64,000 nucleotides of DNA, taken from assembly GCA_963681965.1 (NCBI GenBank), contig OY820579.1, positions 3,968,001-4,032,000 on the forward strand, read 5' to 3'. The notes beneath the pieces were generated by a model that had not been told where the DNA came from, searched no databases, and was given only the letters and a program-made list of their open reading frames with translations. The stretch is from a bacterium (GTDB lineage Bacteria > Electryoneota > JAOADG01). Shown in pieces: positions 10,001-19,592 of this stretch (positions within the stretch are counted from its first letter, which is position 1; each line of letters begins with the position of its first letter). Position numbers and translations under genes: made by a program.

Positions 10001-12288
10001 CAATCCAGTTTTACGGAATCCGATACGATACACTTTCTGTCTGCTCCAATGGCTGGGCGGCATTCGGCAATCAACCGTTATATAACAATTTCCGCAACTG
10101 GCGGCTTCCGGCAAATGAAGGTCCGCGCAATATTCTTGCAATCATGTGGGACGATCTGAGTTTCGATACGACTCAGCATCAAGGTGTTTACTACTATTAC
10201 GACAATGCCAACCATCGCTTAATTCTGACGTGGTGGGCACGCACGAATACTGCCGATTTGGATCCCAATGAATTCCAGATGATTCTGTACGATCAGCAAT
10301 ACTGGCGAACACCGACCAACGATGCACCGATCGTGTATCAATACAAGACGCTGAATAATGTCAATGAATTCGATCCGCTGGAACCGAATTACGGCACCAT
10401 CGGGATTGCCGATGCGAATTACCGGAATGCGCTGGAATATTCGTATTACGGTCGGTTCTCTACCGGTAGTTCGACGCTCGCAAATGGAACGAATGTAAAT
10501 CGCGCAATTAAGTTCACAACTTGTTATGCCGATTCGATGCTGCACTTGATCGCACCGACATCGACCGATTCGCTGTTGATTGGATATCCCGCTCAAATTC
10601 TTTGGAGTGGTCGACCAACGCTGGGAACCATCAATATCGAAATCGATCGTAACTATCCCTCCGGCACTTGGGAACCGATCCTGACGGGAACTCCGAACGA
10701 TGGATTCGAACTCTGGACGGTAACCGGCACTGCGACAAACAATGCCCGGTTTAGAATTCTCTCGACCAATTCGACTGACGGCGACACGTCATTGAAATCG
10801 ATCACGATGATGATGCCGCAACCGTTTCTCGATCTTTCGGTTCCGAACGGTGGCGAACTCTGGACGGAAACGACAGAGCAACTGATACTATGGAATCACC
10901 CGCCGATGATCGGAACGGCAAAGATTGAATTGAATCGGGAATATCCCTCGGGAAATTGGGAGACGATCGTCGATTCAATCGATGTAAACTCCGGTGTTTA
11001 TGGGTGGACTGTCTCAGGTCCCAGTACGACCAGTGGTCGCGTACGGATCTCTTCCAATGCATTTGTCGGGGTTGGCGACACTTCCAATAGTGAATTTGGT
11101 ATCGTCTCACCGTCACATCTGAGTTTCTCGCCTTCGCCGAATATTATCCACCTCTTTCCGGCTGATACTTTCCGTCAGAGCGTTTCACTCAGCAATAGCG
11201 GGGGATCGGCATTTACCGGAACCCTGACGCCAACTCTGGGAATTGAAGGGTACGGATATCTTGAGAATGGCGATCCGGGTGGACCGACATACCGCTGGGT
11301 CGAAATCAGCGAAGAAGGCGATTGGATGGAATGGGGCGACGATAATGTTTCCGACGTGATCAATTTACCCTTCACATTTCCATTTTACGGAGAACAATTT
11401 ACGACTGCCTATATGTGCACGAACGGGTGGGTCTCATTCAGCGATCCCGATGGGATCGGATCGCACATGAATCGAGTCCTCCCCTATTTCGAATTCGGCG
11501 CATTTGTACCGGTTTATTGGGATCATGTCATTGTTCCAGAAGGTGGCAATATCTACTACTCCGACACGATCAATCATCGGGCGATCTTCGAATGGAAAAA
11601 TTGCTGGGTGGCACGCGATACCACAGCGCGATTGACCTTCGAATTGATCATTTATCCCAACGGAACTATTGATTACGTCTATTCCCAATTGTCGGTGGGA
11701 CGTGCAGATCAAACGATCGGTCTGCAAGGTCCCGGTGCCACGCCGGTATTCAATATTTATCAACATCAGCAGATTACGACTCCGCACATCATTCGATTCT
11801 CGAATATGCATGCTTGGGGAACACCGAGCACTACGACACTCTCGGTACCGGCGGGTGGAATTCAGTATTTATCGATTTTGTGGGATTCACACGGGTTTGC
11901 CCTCAATAATGTTTTGAATGGTTCGGTAACGATTGCGGGATTTGCCGACAACACACCGTATGTGATCCCGATGACCATGAATCTCGATGGCAATGCCGTC
12001 GGCGACGATCCAGTAGCGCTCCCGACCACGACGAAATTGTTGCAGAATTATCCCAACCCATTCAATCCCGAAACCGAAATTCGGTTCCAGTTAAATCAGA
12101 CGAATGAAGTTCGACTCGTAGTCTTCGATATTCTCGGACAACCGGTACAAACGCTGGTAAACCGTTCGTTAACTCCCGGCGAGCACCGCTACCGATTCGA
12201 TGGTTCGAAGGTTGCTGCCGGGGTTTACTTCTACCGGTTACAGGCAGGAAACTTCACGCAGACACGGAAAATGGTACTCGTGAAGTAA
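7042..12288 (+). CDS. Peptidase C25 (gingipain)-like protein: propeptide, C25 domain, Ig-like domains, T9SS type-A C-terminal sorting domain
   Basis: Propeptide motifs GKPSLP and PVQYNP; YVILVGE; SDHPY; NLTC; C-terminal NYPNPFNP...GVYFYRL...KMVLVK. GTG 7042 follows a GAGG RBS (ORF-track start is 7012). Confidence 0.8.
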   Translation: MSTFKFDLRAFALPSLLYLLLVVAVCFPLQSFAVRDWTANDDAIIGIPSAEEMPLTYRTLDNGQYAFRFERPVLKRELVQANGSAWTLLSIDGETKRWEIGKPSLPLVVRSILLPNKGNIEVKIVSSKFEEFNNIDVLPQQPMTLDKVPFVTDEKIYRTDQWFPENIVEICPPAIMRDARVAPLAYSPVQYNPVTRKLRIYTEVNVEIIPSGGQGINELTSLPRPAPSFASLYRNIIGADELTEINQQATPGQILMIARNQTTVTTALNYLIEWKKLSGHPTQLVTVDANATADQIHQIIATAYASYNPPLEYVILVGEGGTTGTMLPSYFQYTEWSDHPYMEIVGNDRLADVCVSRFSFSQMTELQTMVNRSVIYEKTPPTTDTTWFTKGWGYAGYSHDVYSIPPAIRFCISMMNQRGINTVPYDEHNGRVDAGLISTRLSPGATFWAHRPAWIGEILPADFQNLNNVGKPFVAFNLTCESGAWYGETVTGVHEALTRLGTPSQPKGAIAAMATETSHTHPSPNNCVITGGFQALGINNAIHPSEMYLAGKYQLWRNFSAYSPAVVDSFSSWNNIMGDASTIMWTAAPRTLLAVMPQQLGIGDNRFGVSVTVRGNPAPNALVTAWKRNGSGVNETYTSVRTDELGNALLTLTNATAGNMYVSVTSGESGLNYKAFLDTVVIAQATADLALSSVTVNDTPGGGIIGNSDTQANPGETVELQIRLTNVSATSVTGISGTLLSLDSRIAVVSNTASWQDLASGASIVNTGSLRVQMHPALHDNEIIPLRLNVNSTEGSLSLTVPLLIRSLASAFVSDTTIGSARLNPGATAQLAVTLKNNGGLALSTPTTATLTSLNRFVTVGSATASFSSIPSNGIFSNLGGVTWTVSASSAAVPGTQASFQIVLANGAVRDTLFFTKTIGTVRTVDPTGPDGYGYRVFDDTDTEYNQMPTYQWVELRPDLGGSGTRLNIPDIQVEHDTSLVIRLPFTIQFYGIRYDTLSVCSNGWAAFGNQPLYNNFRNWRLPANEGPRNILAIMWDDLSFDTTQHQGVYYYYDNANHRLILTWWARTNTADLDPNEFQMILYDQQYWRTPTNDAPIVYQYKTLNNVNEFDPLEPNYGTIGIADANYRNALEYSYYGRFSTGSSTLANGTNVNRAIKFTTCYADSMLHLIAPTSTDSLLIGYPAQILWSGRPTLGTINIEIDRNYPSGTWEPILTGTPNDGFELWTVTGTATNNARFRILSTNSTDGDTSLKSITMMMPQPFLDLSVPNGGELWTETTEQLILWNHPPMIGTAKIELNREYPSGNWETIVDSIDVNSGVYGWTVSGPSTTSGRVRISSNAFVGVGDTSNSEFGIVSPSHLSFSPSPNIIHLFPADTFRQSVSLSNSGGSAFTGTLTPTLGIEGYGYLENGDPGGPTYRWVEISEEGDWMEWGDDNVSDVINLPFTFPFYGEQFTTAYMCTNGWVSFSDPDGIGSHMNRVLPYFEFGAFVPVYWDHVIVPEGGNIYYSDTINHRAIFEWKNCWVARDTTARLTFELIIYPNGTIDYVYSQLSVGRADQTIGLQGPGATPVFNIYQHQQITTPHIIRFSNMHAWGTPSTTTLSVPAGGIQYLSILWDSHGFALNNVLNGSVTIAGFADNTPYVIPMTMNLDGNAVGDDPVALPTTTKLLQNYPNPFNPETEIRFQLNQTNEVRLVVFDILGQPVQTLVNRSLTPGEHRYRFDGSKVAAGVYFYRLQAGNFTQTRKMVLVK

Positions 12289-12310
12289 GGCATTTCAAGT
12301 ACTTTTGACG

Positions 12311-12343
12311 ACACTCGATCCGATCACGGGTCGAGTGTTTTTA
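12311..12343 (+). terminator. Intrinsic terminator after the C25 gene
   Basis: ACACTCGATCCG-atca-CGGGTCGAGTGT followed by a T-run. Confidence 0.8.
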
Positions 12344-12394
12344 TTATCATGATACCATTGCCTTGCAACGACTTTGTTTAGGCTGAAATGGTGA

Positions 12395-12525
12395 CTCTTG
12401 AAAATTAGACTCGGTTATCGGCTTGACCAAACATGTACAGACAAGAGTGTCTGTACCTACAAAAGCTACCTGCGGGCGGATACGGGGATCCGCCCCTGCT
12501 ACCGATAACAACTAATTTTCAAGAG
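12395..12525. repeat. TIR-bounded, REP-containing dispersed element, copy A
   Basis: Perfect 14-bp TIR CTCTTGAAAATTAG/CTAATTTTCAAGAG. Encloses two GTAG-type hairpins (12435-12460 and 12474-12502). Right half matches copies B and C. Confidence 0.8.
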
Positions 12526-12785
12526 ATACTCGATAACCCTGAATATCGAGCCGATTCGATTGCATCGGAGCTTCCTCACCCCTACATTTAGCACGTTAGT
12601 GGCGTTCTGAAAGCCGTAAATCCCTTACTACCTATTCCGGTTTCTATGCCATCACAAATGCTGCATCCTTTCGACCCACCACCGCTCGATCCGTGCGGTG
12701 AAGTGATTGCTACCCCCGCTTTCTCCAGCTTGTTACCGACGCTACCACAATCATCGAATTTGTTACTTTTTCCGGGAGTATACGC

Positions 12786-13742
12786 ATGAATGAAGTTGTC
12801 GCTGGTCTCGATATCGGTGGAACCAACAGTGCCATCGGCATTGTCGATCGTTCGGGAAATTGTCTTTCGTCCAGTGTCATACCGACTGCGGCTTTTGCGG
12901 AAGTAGACCAATTTGTCGCAGCGGGCGAGCAAGCGATCCGCGAATTGCTCCACAATAATCCTGAATGGAAATTGGCTGGGATCGGCATCGGCGCTCCGAA
13001 TGGAAATTATTACCGCGGTACGATCGAATTCGCTCCGAATCTCCACTGGAAAGGGATCATTCCACTAGCTGATTTATTCGGTAAACGGTTCGGTGTCAAA
13101 AGTGTCTTAACGAATGATGCGAACGCCGCCGCCATTGGCGAGATGATCTTCGGCGGTGCAAAGGGGATGCGCGATTTCATCATTATTACGCTCGGAACCG
13201 GTGTCGGCAGCGGGATCGTAGTCAATGGCGAGCTTGTATATGGACACGACGGCTTTGCCGGTGAAATCGGTCATACGATTTACGACCCGAACGGACGCGA
13301 CTGCGGTTGCGGACGAAAAGGGTGTCTGGAGACCTATACTTCGGCAGGTGGTATCAAAAGAACGCTGTTCGAATTGATGGGTCAGCGAAACACCAAATCG
13401 AGTTTTCGCGGCAAGAGCTTCGACGAAATCACCGCTGCCGATATTGCGACTGCGGCAACAGCAGGCGATGAACTGGCACTGGAAGCGTTCGATATCACCG
13501 GAAAAATTCTCGGCTTGAAACTGGCGGATAGTGTGGCACATACCAGTCCGGAAGCTATTTTCCTGTTCGGCGGTCTGGCGAAATCCGGGAAGTTGATCTT
13601 CGAACCGACGCAGCGCTATATGGAAGAGAATATGCTCAACATCTTCAAGAATAAAGTGAAACTACTGCCATCGCTGCTGAAGGAGGAGAATGTCGCGATC
13701 CTCGGCGCAGCGGCACTGGCATGGAAAGAGTTGGATAAATAA
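12786..13742 (+). CDS. ROK-family sugar kinase (glucokinase/mannokinase-like)
   Basis: GLDIGGT, NDANAAAIGE, TLGTGVGSG, GEIGH, CGCGRKGCLE. Confidence 0.92.
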   Translation: MNEVVAGLDIGGTNSAIGIVDRSGNCLSSSVIPTAAFAEVDQFVAAGEQAIRELLHNNPEWKLAGIGIGAPNGNYYRGTIEFAPNLHWKGIIPLADLFGKRFGVKSVLTNDANAAAIGEMIFGGAKGMRDFIIITLGTGVGSGIVVNGELVYGHDGFAGEIGHTIYDPNGRDCGCGRKGCLETYTSAGGIKRTLFELMGQRNTKSSFRGKSFDEITAADIATAATAGDELALEAFDITGKILGLKLADSVAHTSPEAIFLFGGLAKSGKLIFEPTQRYMEENMLNIFKNKVKLLPSLLKEENVAILGAAALAWKELDK

Positions 13743-13764
13743 TGTTCATCCGATTGAGGTTGAA

Positions 13765-14931
13765 ATGAAACTGTGGTATCTCCCGATTGCAATATCGTTT
13801 GCCGCGATGGCTTTCGCTCAACCGAATTTCGATCTTGAGCAGACACACTTAGCATCGCTCGACGAAATGCAAACCTATCCCTGTTATAAAACTGATTCAC
13901 CGATCGTGATCGATGGCGATCTTTCCGAACCCACTTGGAAGGAAACACCGTGGAGTCGCGCCTTCATCGATATCGAGGGGAAAGCGAAACCGTTACCGCG
14001 TTTTCAAACCAATATCAAGATGCGGTGGGACGATCAATATTTCTATATCGCTGCAATGCTTCAGGAGCCGCATGTCTGGGGAACCATCACGAAGCGCGAC
14101 GAAGTGATTTTCCGCGATAACGATTTCGAAGTATTTATGGATCCTGACGGCGACAATTTTGAATATGGCGAATTCGAGATCAATGCACTGAATACCGGTT
14201 GGGATTTGTTTCTACCGAAACCGTACAAAGATAACGGTCAGGCGGACAATAGCTGGGATATATCCGGAATTAAGACGGCAGTGAAAATTATCGGTACGAT
14301 CAACGATCCGTCGGATAACGACGTCGGTTGGATGGTAGAGATTGCAATGCCGTGGAAATCGCTGTCAAGAATTTCACATACCGACAAAGCACCAATCGAC
14401 GGTCAGCAATGGCACATCAACTTTTCACGTGTCGAATGGACCACGAATATCGTCGATGGCAAATACGTGAAAGTTGCCAATCGAGCGGAAGACAATTGGG
14501 TCTGGAGTGCTCAGCGCAAGATCAATATGCATCTGCCGGAAATGTGGGGGATTGTTCAATTCTCGACCAAGCCGGTCGGGACCAAATTACGGATAGAGGA
14601 CTGGTATAGCAGCGAACGCGCAACATTGCATTTGTTTTATTATGCTCAGGTTGAATATCAGAAAGAAAACAAAGTTTATGCCGATCAGCTAAAGCAATTG
14701 TCAAGGTCTGAATCGTCGATTTTACACTCTTTTTCGAATCAACCAATTAATCGCAATTCAAAGACACCAATTCAGGAGTATCCATCTCACGATTCGGAAC
14801 TGACGTTGAAAACCAATGCGACAAAGGATCAGTACATTATTACAATGCCGTGCACCGATCGGCAAGGTAATCCGATGCAGGCAAGTATCAATCAAGATTC
14901 GCACTTTACCGTCGAACCGGTTAAAAAGTAA
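13765..14931 (+). CDS. Secreted carbohydrate-binding family 9-like protein
   Basis: Signal peptide from ATG 13765 (MKLWYLPIAISFAAMAFA); IDGDLSEPTW, DNDFEVFMDPDGD, EIAMPW, NFSRVEW. Confidence 0.8.
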   Translation: MKLWYLPIAISFAAMAFAQPNFDLEQTHLASLDEMQTYPCYKTDSPIVIDGDLSEPTWKETPWSRAFIDIEGKAKPLPRFQTNIKMRWDDQYFYIAAMLQEPHVWGTITKRDEVIFRDNDFEVFMDPDGDNFEYGEFEINALNTGWDLFLPKPYKDNGQADNSWDISGIKTAVKIIGTINDPSDNDVGWMVEIAMPWKSLSRISHTDKAPIDGQQWHINFSRVEWTTNIVDGKYVKVANRAEDNWVWSAQRKINMHLPEMWGIVQFSTKPVGTKLRIEDWYSSERATLHLFYYAQVEYQKENKVYADQLKQLSRSESSILHSFSNQPINRNSKTPIQEYPSHDSELTLKTNATKDQYIITMPCTDRQGNPMQASINQDSHFTVEPVKK

Positions 14932-14974
14932 CAACGATTTCATTCACTTCTTTTCGTAACGACATGGAGCAATC

Positions 14975-16225
14975 ATGGAGCAGAAAGGTTACAAATCCGC
15001 CTTTGCCATCATCACCATCATGTTTTTCATGTGGGGCTTTCTCACCTGCCTGAACGACATTCTGGTGCCGCATCTCAAAGCCGTCTTCGATATGAATTAT
15101 ACCAAGACGATGCTGATTCAATTCACGTTTTTCGGCGCCTATCTGCTGATGTCGATTCCCGCAGGAAAAGTGATTGCGCGCGTCGGTTACCAGTTGGGTG
15201 TGGTGATCGGTCTTTGCACCAGTGGTCTCGGAGCACTGCTATTTTATCCGGCAGCCGGACTGCTCTCGTATCCGTTGTTCCTGCTCGGTCTGTTTATTCT
15301 CGCGACCGGTATTACGCTGCTGCAAGTGGCAGCGAATCCATATGCCTCGGTACTCGGTAAACCGGAAACTGCTTCCAGTCGATTGAATCTCGCGCAAGCG
15401 GTGAATTCCTTCGGTCACACCACTGCTCCCTACATCGGCGGAATGCTGATTCTCGGAACGGCATTGACAGCCGATCAGATTGGCGCACTTCCCGCGGCAG
15501 AACAGCACGCTGCGAAAATTGCACAAGCTTCCAGCGTTCAGATGCCGTATCTCGGACTGGCTGCGACCCTCTTTTTGCTCGCCGTCGTGATGAAGTTGTT
15601 CAAGCTGCCGGTGATTGCTACCGTCGAGAGTCACGACACCAAAAAAGTAAAATTGTCCGATGCGTTAAAGTATCGCCATCTGAAATTAGCTGCTCTGGGT
15701 ATTTTCCTCTATGTGGGTGCGGAAGTATCGATCGGCAGTTTTCTGGTGAATTTCTTCGGGCAGCGTGAAATTGGCGGATTGGCTCCAGCCGAAGCCGCGA
15801 AATATGTTTCCTTCTATTGGGGTGCGGCGATGGTGGGTCGATTTATCGGATCAGCCCTGTTACAGAAACTGAAATCACGGTCGGTACTGGCAGTTGCAGC
15901 CAGTTGTGCGGCAATCTTAGTTTTTGCCACCATCTTCCTGACTGGAACACCGGCGATGTGGACGATCCTCGCAGTCGGATTCTTTAATTCAGTGATGTTC
16001 CCGATCATTTTCACGCTCGGGATTGAAGACCTCGGCGTCCTGACCAGTCAGGGTTCCAGCGTGTTGGTCATGGCGATTTTCGGTGGTGCCGTCATTCCGC
16101 AGATTCAAGGATTTCTTGCCGATACGATCGGGATTCAGTTGGCGTTCTTCCTACCGGCGATCTGTTATCTCTATATCATCTACTACGCAGTTAAAGGGTC
16201 GCATCATCCAACTGTAGCGGCATAA
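14975..16225 (+). CDS. GluP/FucP-like MFS sugar:H+ symporter
   Basis: FFMWGF, LQVAANPY, RLNLAQAVNSFG, YVGAEV; about 12 TM segments. Confidence 0.9.
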   Translation: MEQKGYKSAFAIITIMFFMWGFLTCLNDILVPHLKAVFDMNYTKTMLIQFTFFGAYLLMSIPAGKVIARVGYQLGVVIGLCTSGLGALLFYPAAGLLSYPLFLLGLFILATGITLLQVAANPYASVLGKPETASSRLNLAQAVNSFGHTTAPYIGGMLILGTALTADQIGALPAAEQHAAKIAQASSVQMPYLGLAATLFLLAVVMKLFKLPVIATVESHDTKKVKLSDALKYRHLKLAALGIFLYVGAEVSIGSFLVNFFGQREIGGLAPAEAAKYVSFYWGAAMVGRFIGSALLQKLKSRSVLAVAASCAAILVFATIFLTGTPAMWTILAVGFFNSVMFPIIFTLGIEDLGVLTSQGSSVLVMAIFGGAVIPQIQGFLADTIGIQLAFFLPAICYLYIIYYAVKGSHHPTVAA

Positions 16226-16241
16226 CATTATTAGACGATTC

Positions 16242-16278
16242 GGGCGGGCATGAGGTAAATGTCCGCCCCTGTTTTTTT
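16242..16278 (+). terminator. Terminator-like hairpin inside the sugar locus
   Basis: GGGCGGGCAT-7nt-ATGTCCGCCC followed by ctgTTTTTTT. Confidence 0.6.
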
Positions 16279-16295
16279 CTTGGGTTGGAGTTAAA

Positions 16296-19200
16296 ATGTC
16301 ACATCATAAAAAAATCTATCCGTGGTTGGTGCTACTATTCGCGTGCCTTGTAATCGTCGTTCTGGCAGCGGTTGCCGCCGATCCACCGAAAGCCAAAGTC
16401 GATCCGAAACCGGCAACCACCGATCCTCAGAAGACGGTCAAACCTATGGAACCACCCAAGAATACGAAACCGGTTGAAACAGGTAAAGCTGTCAAAGCAC
16501 CCGAGCCAGCGAAGAAACCGGCAACTGCACCGGCGAAAGTAGACGCGAAGCCAGCAATCAAGCGCCCAGTGGAGTTTGTCAATCCGTTCATTGGTACGGA
16601 TGGACACGGTCATACCTATCCCGGTGCAACGGTACCGTTCGGTATGGTGCAACTTAGTCCGAATGGCGGTAAGCGCGGTTGGGACTATTGTTCCGGCTAT
16701 CACTATTCCGATTCGCTGCTGGTCGGATTCAGCCATACCCAGCTTTCCGGTACCGGTTGCGAGGATCTCGGCGATTTTCTTTTTCTTCCGCTACTCGGAT
16801 TACCGAAGCCGGATGTACAGACAAAACTACCCTACAAACATAAAGATGAACACGCTTTCCCGGGCTACTACTGGATCACATTACCCTCGCAGTATATGAC
16901 GGTCGAATTGACGACCACCAAGCGTGCGGGATTTCATCGGTATACCTTTCCGAAATGCGAATCGTCGTGCATCGTGATTGATGGCGGTTACGGACAAGGA
17001 GATACACCCCTCGAATCGTCATTCAAAATCGAAGGACCAAAGCAAATTTCCGGTCGGCGCCTCTCGTCGGGTTGGGCATGGGAACAGGATCTTTATTTCT
17101 ATGCCGAATTCTCGAAACCGTTCACCTCGGCAAAATTCGTCAAAGAAGGGGCATGGTCGAATACAAAAAGCGATGTGAAAGGCAAAACTGCGAAAGCGAT
17201 GCTGCTATTCAAAACTGCAGCGAATGAAAAAATCATGGTGAAGGTCGGAATTTCGGCAGTCTCGGCGGAAAATGCAAAGAAGAATCTCGATTTTGAAATT
17301 CCGAATTGGGCATTCGATTCGATTCGCGTTGCCAGTTATGAGGCGTGGGACAAAGAGTTATCCAAGATCAAGGTTTCGGGAAGCAGTAGTGCCAATCGCG
17401 AGACATTCTACACGGCACTGTATCATACGATGTGCGCACCGACGCTATTCAGCGATGTGAATGGTCAATATCGCGGCGGTGACGGCAAGGTGCACACGAC
17501 CAGTGGTTTTGAGAACTACAGCACCTTCTCGCTGTGGGATACTTATCGCGCGGAACATCCGTTATTCACGATGATGCATCCGGATCGCGTACCGCAAATG
17601 ATCAATGCGATGATCAATTTTCAATCGGAGTATGGCTATCTCCCAGTCTGGCCGCTACAAGGTTACGAAACTCAGTGCATGATCGGATATCACTCGATAC
17701 CGGTCATTACCGACGCCTATCTGAAGGGGATCAAAGGATTCGATATCAACCGCGCTTACGAAGCGATGAAGGTCAGTGCGCTGGCAAATCATAAGGGACT
17801 CGAGTATTACAATCTCGCCCGTCCGGAGTCGATCGAACAGAAGCTTGTTCAACTTCACGCGAAAGATATCGATTCGAAATTCGATTATTCCACGACATTG
17901 CGGGGAACGAATGGAAATTATTTACAAGGATACTCCTCCTCAGTTTCAGGCGAGAAGATCGATTATCATTCTGCCTACCCATATGTGAAACGAGCACTAC
18001 TGGTTCGCTCTACAACCGGTAAGATGACGATCGAATGGCAGACGGAGTCACTTCCGACCGACTACCGCGCCCCGTATGCGACTTTTATGTGGCTCGCGGG
18101 TCGCTCCGTCAGCAAGGGTTCGCACCTGTTCGATCTGTACGTCAACGATCAAAAATGGTTCACTTACTCCACCGGTCGCGACACCAGCGATAAAGTGTGT
18201 CAGTTGAAACACACCAATAGCGCAGAATTATTCTTCGTACCGACGGTCAAGGATGTTTTCGACGATCAATTCGGCAATATGTTTCTGCGGATACCGACTG
18301 CGTTGTTGAAGCCCGGCGAACCGGTTTCGCTGAAAGTGATTGGTGAAAAGGGAGACAGCTACGACTGGTATATGACGTTCGAATATGCCAACAGTTCCGG
18401 TAATCGGGTCGAACAGCAATACGCGTTTGCGCGGGAACATAGCACGAATTACCAATTTGCTCAACTGATGATCGAACACACCTCCGAACCAATACCGGCA
18501 GTCGTTTCGATCGACGGAAAAGAACTCAAACAACTGAATCTTCAACCCGGATTGAATGTTGTCGACATTCCGATTGCGATCGAAGACAGTGCAAAGACGG
18601 TACAGTTATCGGTGCTCAGCGGCGGTGCGACTTGGGAAATGCCATGTACAGTTAAGCCGATTCGACCCTTGGAATATGTTCCCGCCGACAAGGAGCGCGA
18701 ATCGGTCTCGAAGACATTGGAATATGCATTCGACGACTGGTGCATTGCGCGGATCGCGAAAGAACTCGGAAAAACCGACGAATATAAACTATTCACGAAA
18801 CGGTCGGAATATTGGAAGAACCTGTACGATGCTTCGTCAGGATTCATGCGCGGTAAAAATTACGATGGTAGTTGGGTGACACCGTTCAATCCCCGCAATT
18901 CGACTTCACTGCAGCCGGAATACACCGAAGGTAACTCGTGGCAATGGACTTGGTCGGTGCAGCACGATATCCCCGGATTAATTCAAACGATGGGCGGGAA
19001 GATAGCGACCAGTATCAAACTCGACTCGCTGTTCGGTCAGAGTTCCGATCTAACGGGAACGGGATCGCCACCGGACGTAAGCGGTCTGATCGGGATGTAT
19101 GCACACGGCAACGAGCCAAGTCATCATGTCAGTTATCTGTATGACTTTGTCGATCAGCCGTGGAAGACCCAGGAAATAGTCCGTCGAATCATGCGCGAGT

Positions 19201-19592
19201 TCTATTCCAACAAACCGGATGGTTTGTGCGGCAACGAGGATTGCGGGCAGATGTCGGCATGGTTCGTACTCAGTGCGCTCGGCTTCTATCCCGTCAATCC
19301 GGCAGATGGATCCTATCAACTCGGTTCGCCGTTGTTCGATAAAATTGAAATGAAGTTGGGTTCGGGTAAAACCTTTACCGTTGATGTGAAGAATGGATCG
19401 GAAAAGAATATATATGTGAAGTCGGTGACATTGAATGGCAAGCCGTTGACAATTCCTATGATCACCCATCGCGATCTGCTAGATGGTGCGACGTTGTCAT
19501 TTGAAATGGATGCCAATCCACATCCCGAATGCTATTCGCGATCGCTTCCGATAAAAAAAATTGAATCACACACAGAGCCGGGTGAACGATGA
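16296..19592 (+). CDS. GH92 alpha-mannosidase with Pro/Lys-rich linker and a ~286-aa internal insertion
   Basis: VNPFIGT, PGATVPFGMVQLSP, FSLWDTYR, SKTLEYAFDDW, EGNSWQW, HGNEPSHH, GNEDCGQMSAW. Confidence 0.92.
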   Translation: MSHHKKIYPWLVLLFACLVIVVLAAVAADPPKAKVDPKPATTDPQKTVKPMEPPKNTKPVETGKAVKAPEPAKKPATAPAKVDAKPAIKRPVEFVNPFIGTDGHGHTYPGATVPFGMVQLSPNGGKRGWDYCSGYHYSDSLLVGFSHTQLSGTGCEDLGDFLFLPLLGLPKPDVQTKLPYKHKDEHAFPGYYWITLPSQYMTVELTTTKRAGFHRYTFPKCESSCIVIDGGYGQGDTPLESSFKIEGPKQISGRRLSSGWAWEQDLYFYAEFSKPFTSAKFVKEGAWSNTKSDVKGKTAKAMLLFKTAANEKIMVKVGISAVSAENAKKNLDFEIPNWAFDSIRVASYEAWDKELSKIKVSGSSSANRETFYTALYHTMCAPTLFSDVNGQYRGGDGKVHTTSGFENYSTFSLWDTYRAEHPLFTMMHPDRVPQMINAMINFQSEYGYLPVWPLQGYETQCMIGYHSIPVITDAYLKGIKGFDINRAYEAMKVSALANHKGLEYYNLARPESIEQKLVQLHAKDIDSKFDYSTTLRGTNGNYLQGYSSSVSGEKIDYHSAYPYVKRALLVRSTTGKMTIEWQTESLPTDYRAPYATFMWLAGRSVSKGSHLFDLYVNDQKWFTYSTGRDTSDKVCQLKHTNSAELFFVPTVKDVFDDQFGNMFLRIPTALLKPGEPVSLKVIGEKGDSYDWYMTFEYANSSGNRVEQQYAFAREHSTNYQFAQLMIEHTSEPIPAVVSIDGKELKQLNLQPGLNVVDIPIAIEDSAKTVQLSVLSGGATWEMPCTVKPIRPLEYVPADKERESVSKTLEYAFDDWCIARIAKELGKTDEYKLFTKRSEYWKNLYDASSGFMRGKNYDGSWVTPFNPRNSTSLQPEYTEGNSWQWTWSVQHDIPGLIQTMGGKIATSIKLDSLFGQSSDLTGTGSPPDVSGLIGMYAHGNEPSHHVSYLYDFVDQPWKTQEIVRRIMREFYSNKPDGLCGNEDCGQMSAWFVLSALGFYPVNPADGSYQLGSPLFDKIEMKLGSGKTFTVDVKNGSEKNIYVKSVTLNGKPLTIPMITHRDLLDGATLSFEMDANPHPECYSRSLPIKKIESHTEPGER

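Noticed and set aside
12526-12600. Extra decayed hairpins ending CCCCTAC next to repeat copy A
   Set aside because: Possibly a further REP remnant, but too degenerate to call
17811-18668. Intein or intron as the explanation for the GH92 insertion
   Set aside because: No Cys/Ser start, no His-Asn end, no LAGLIDADG motif; the frame is open throughout
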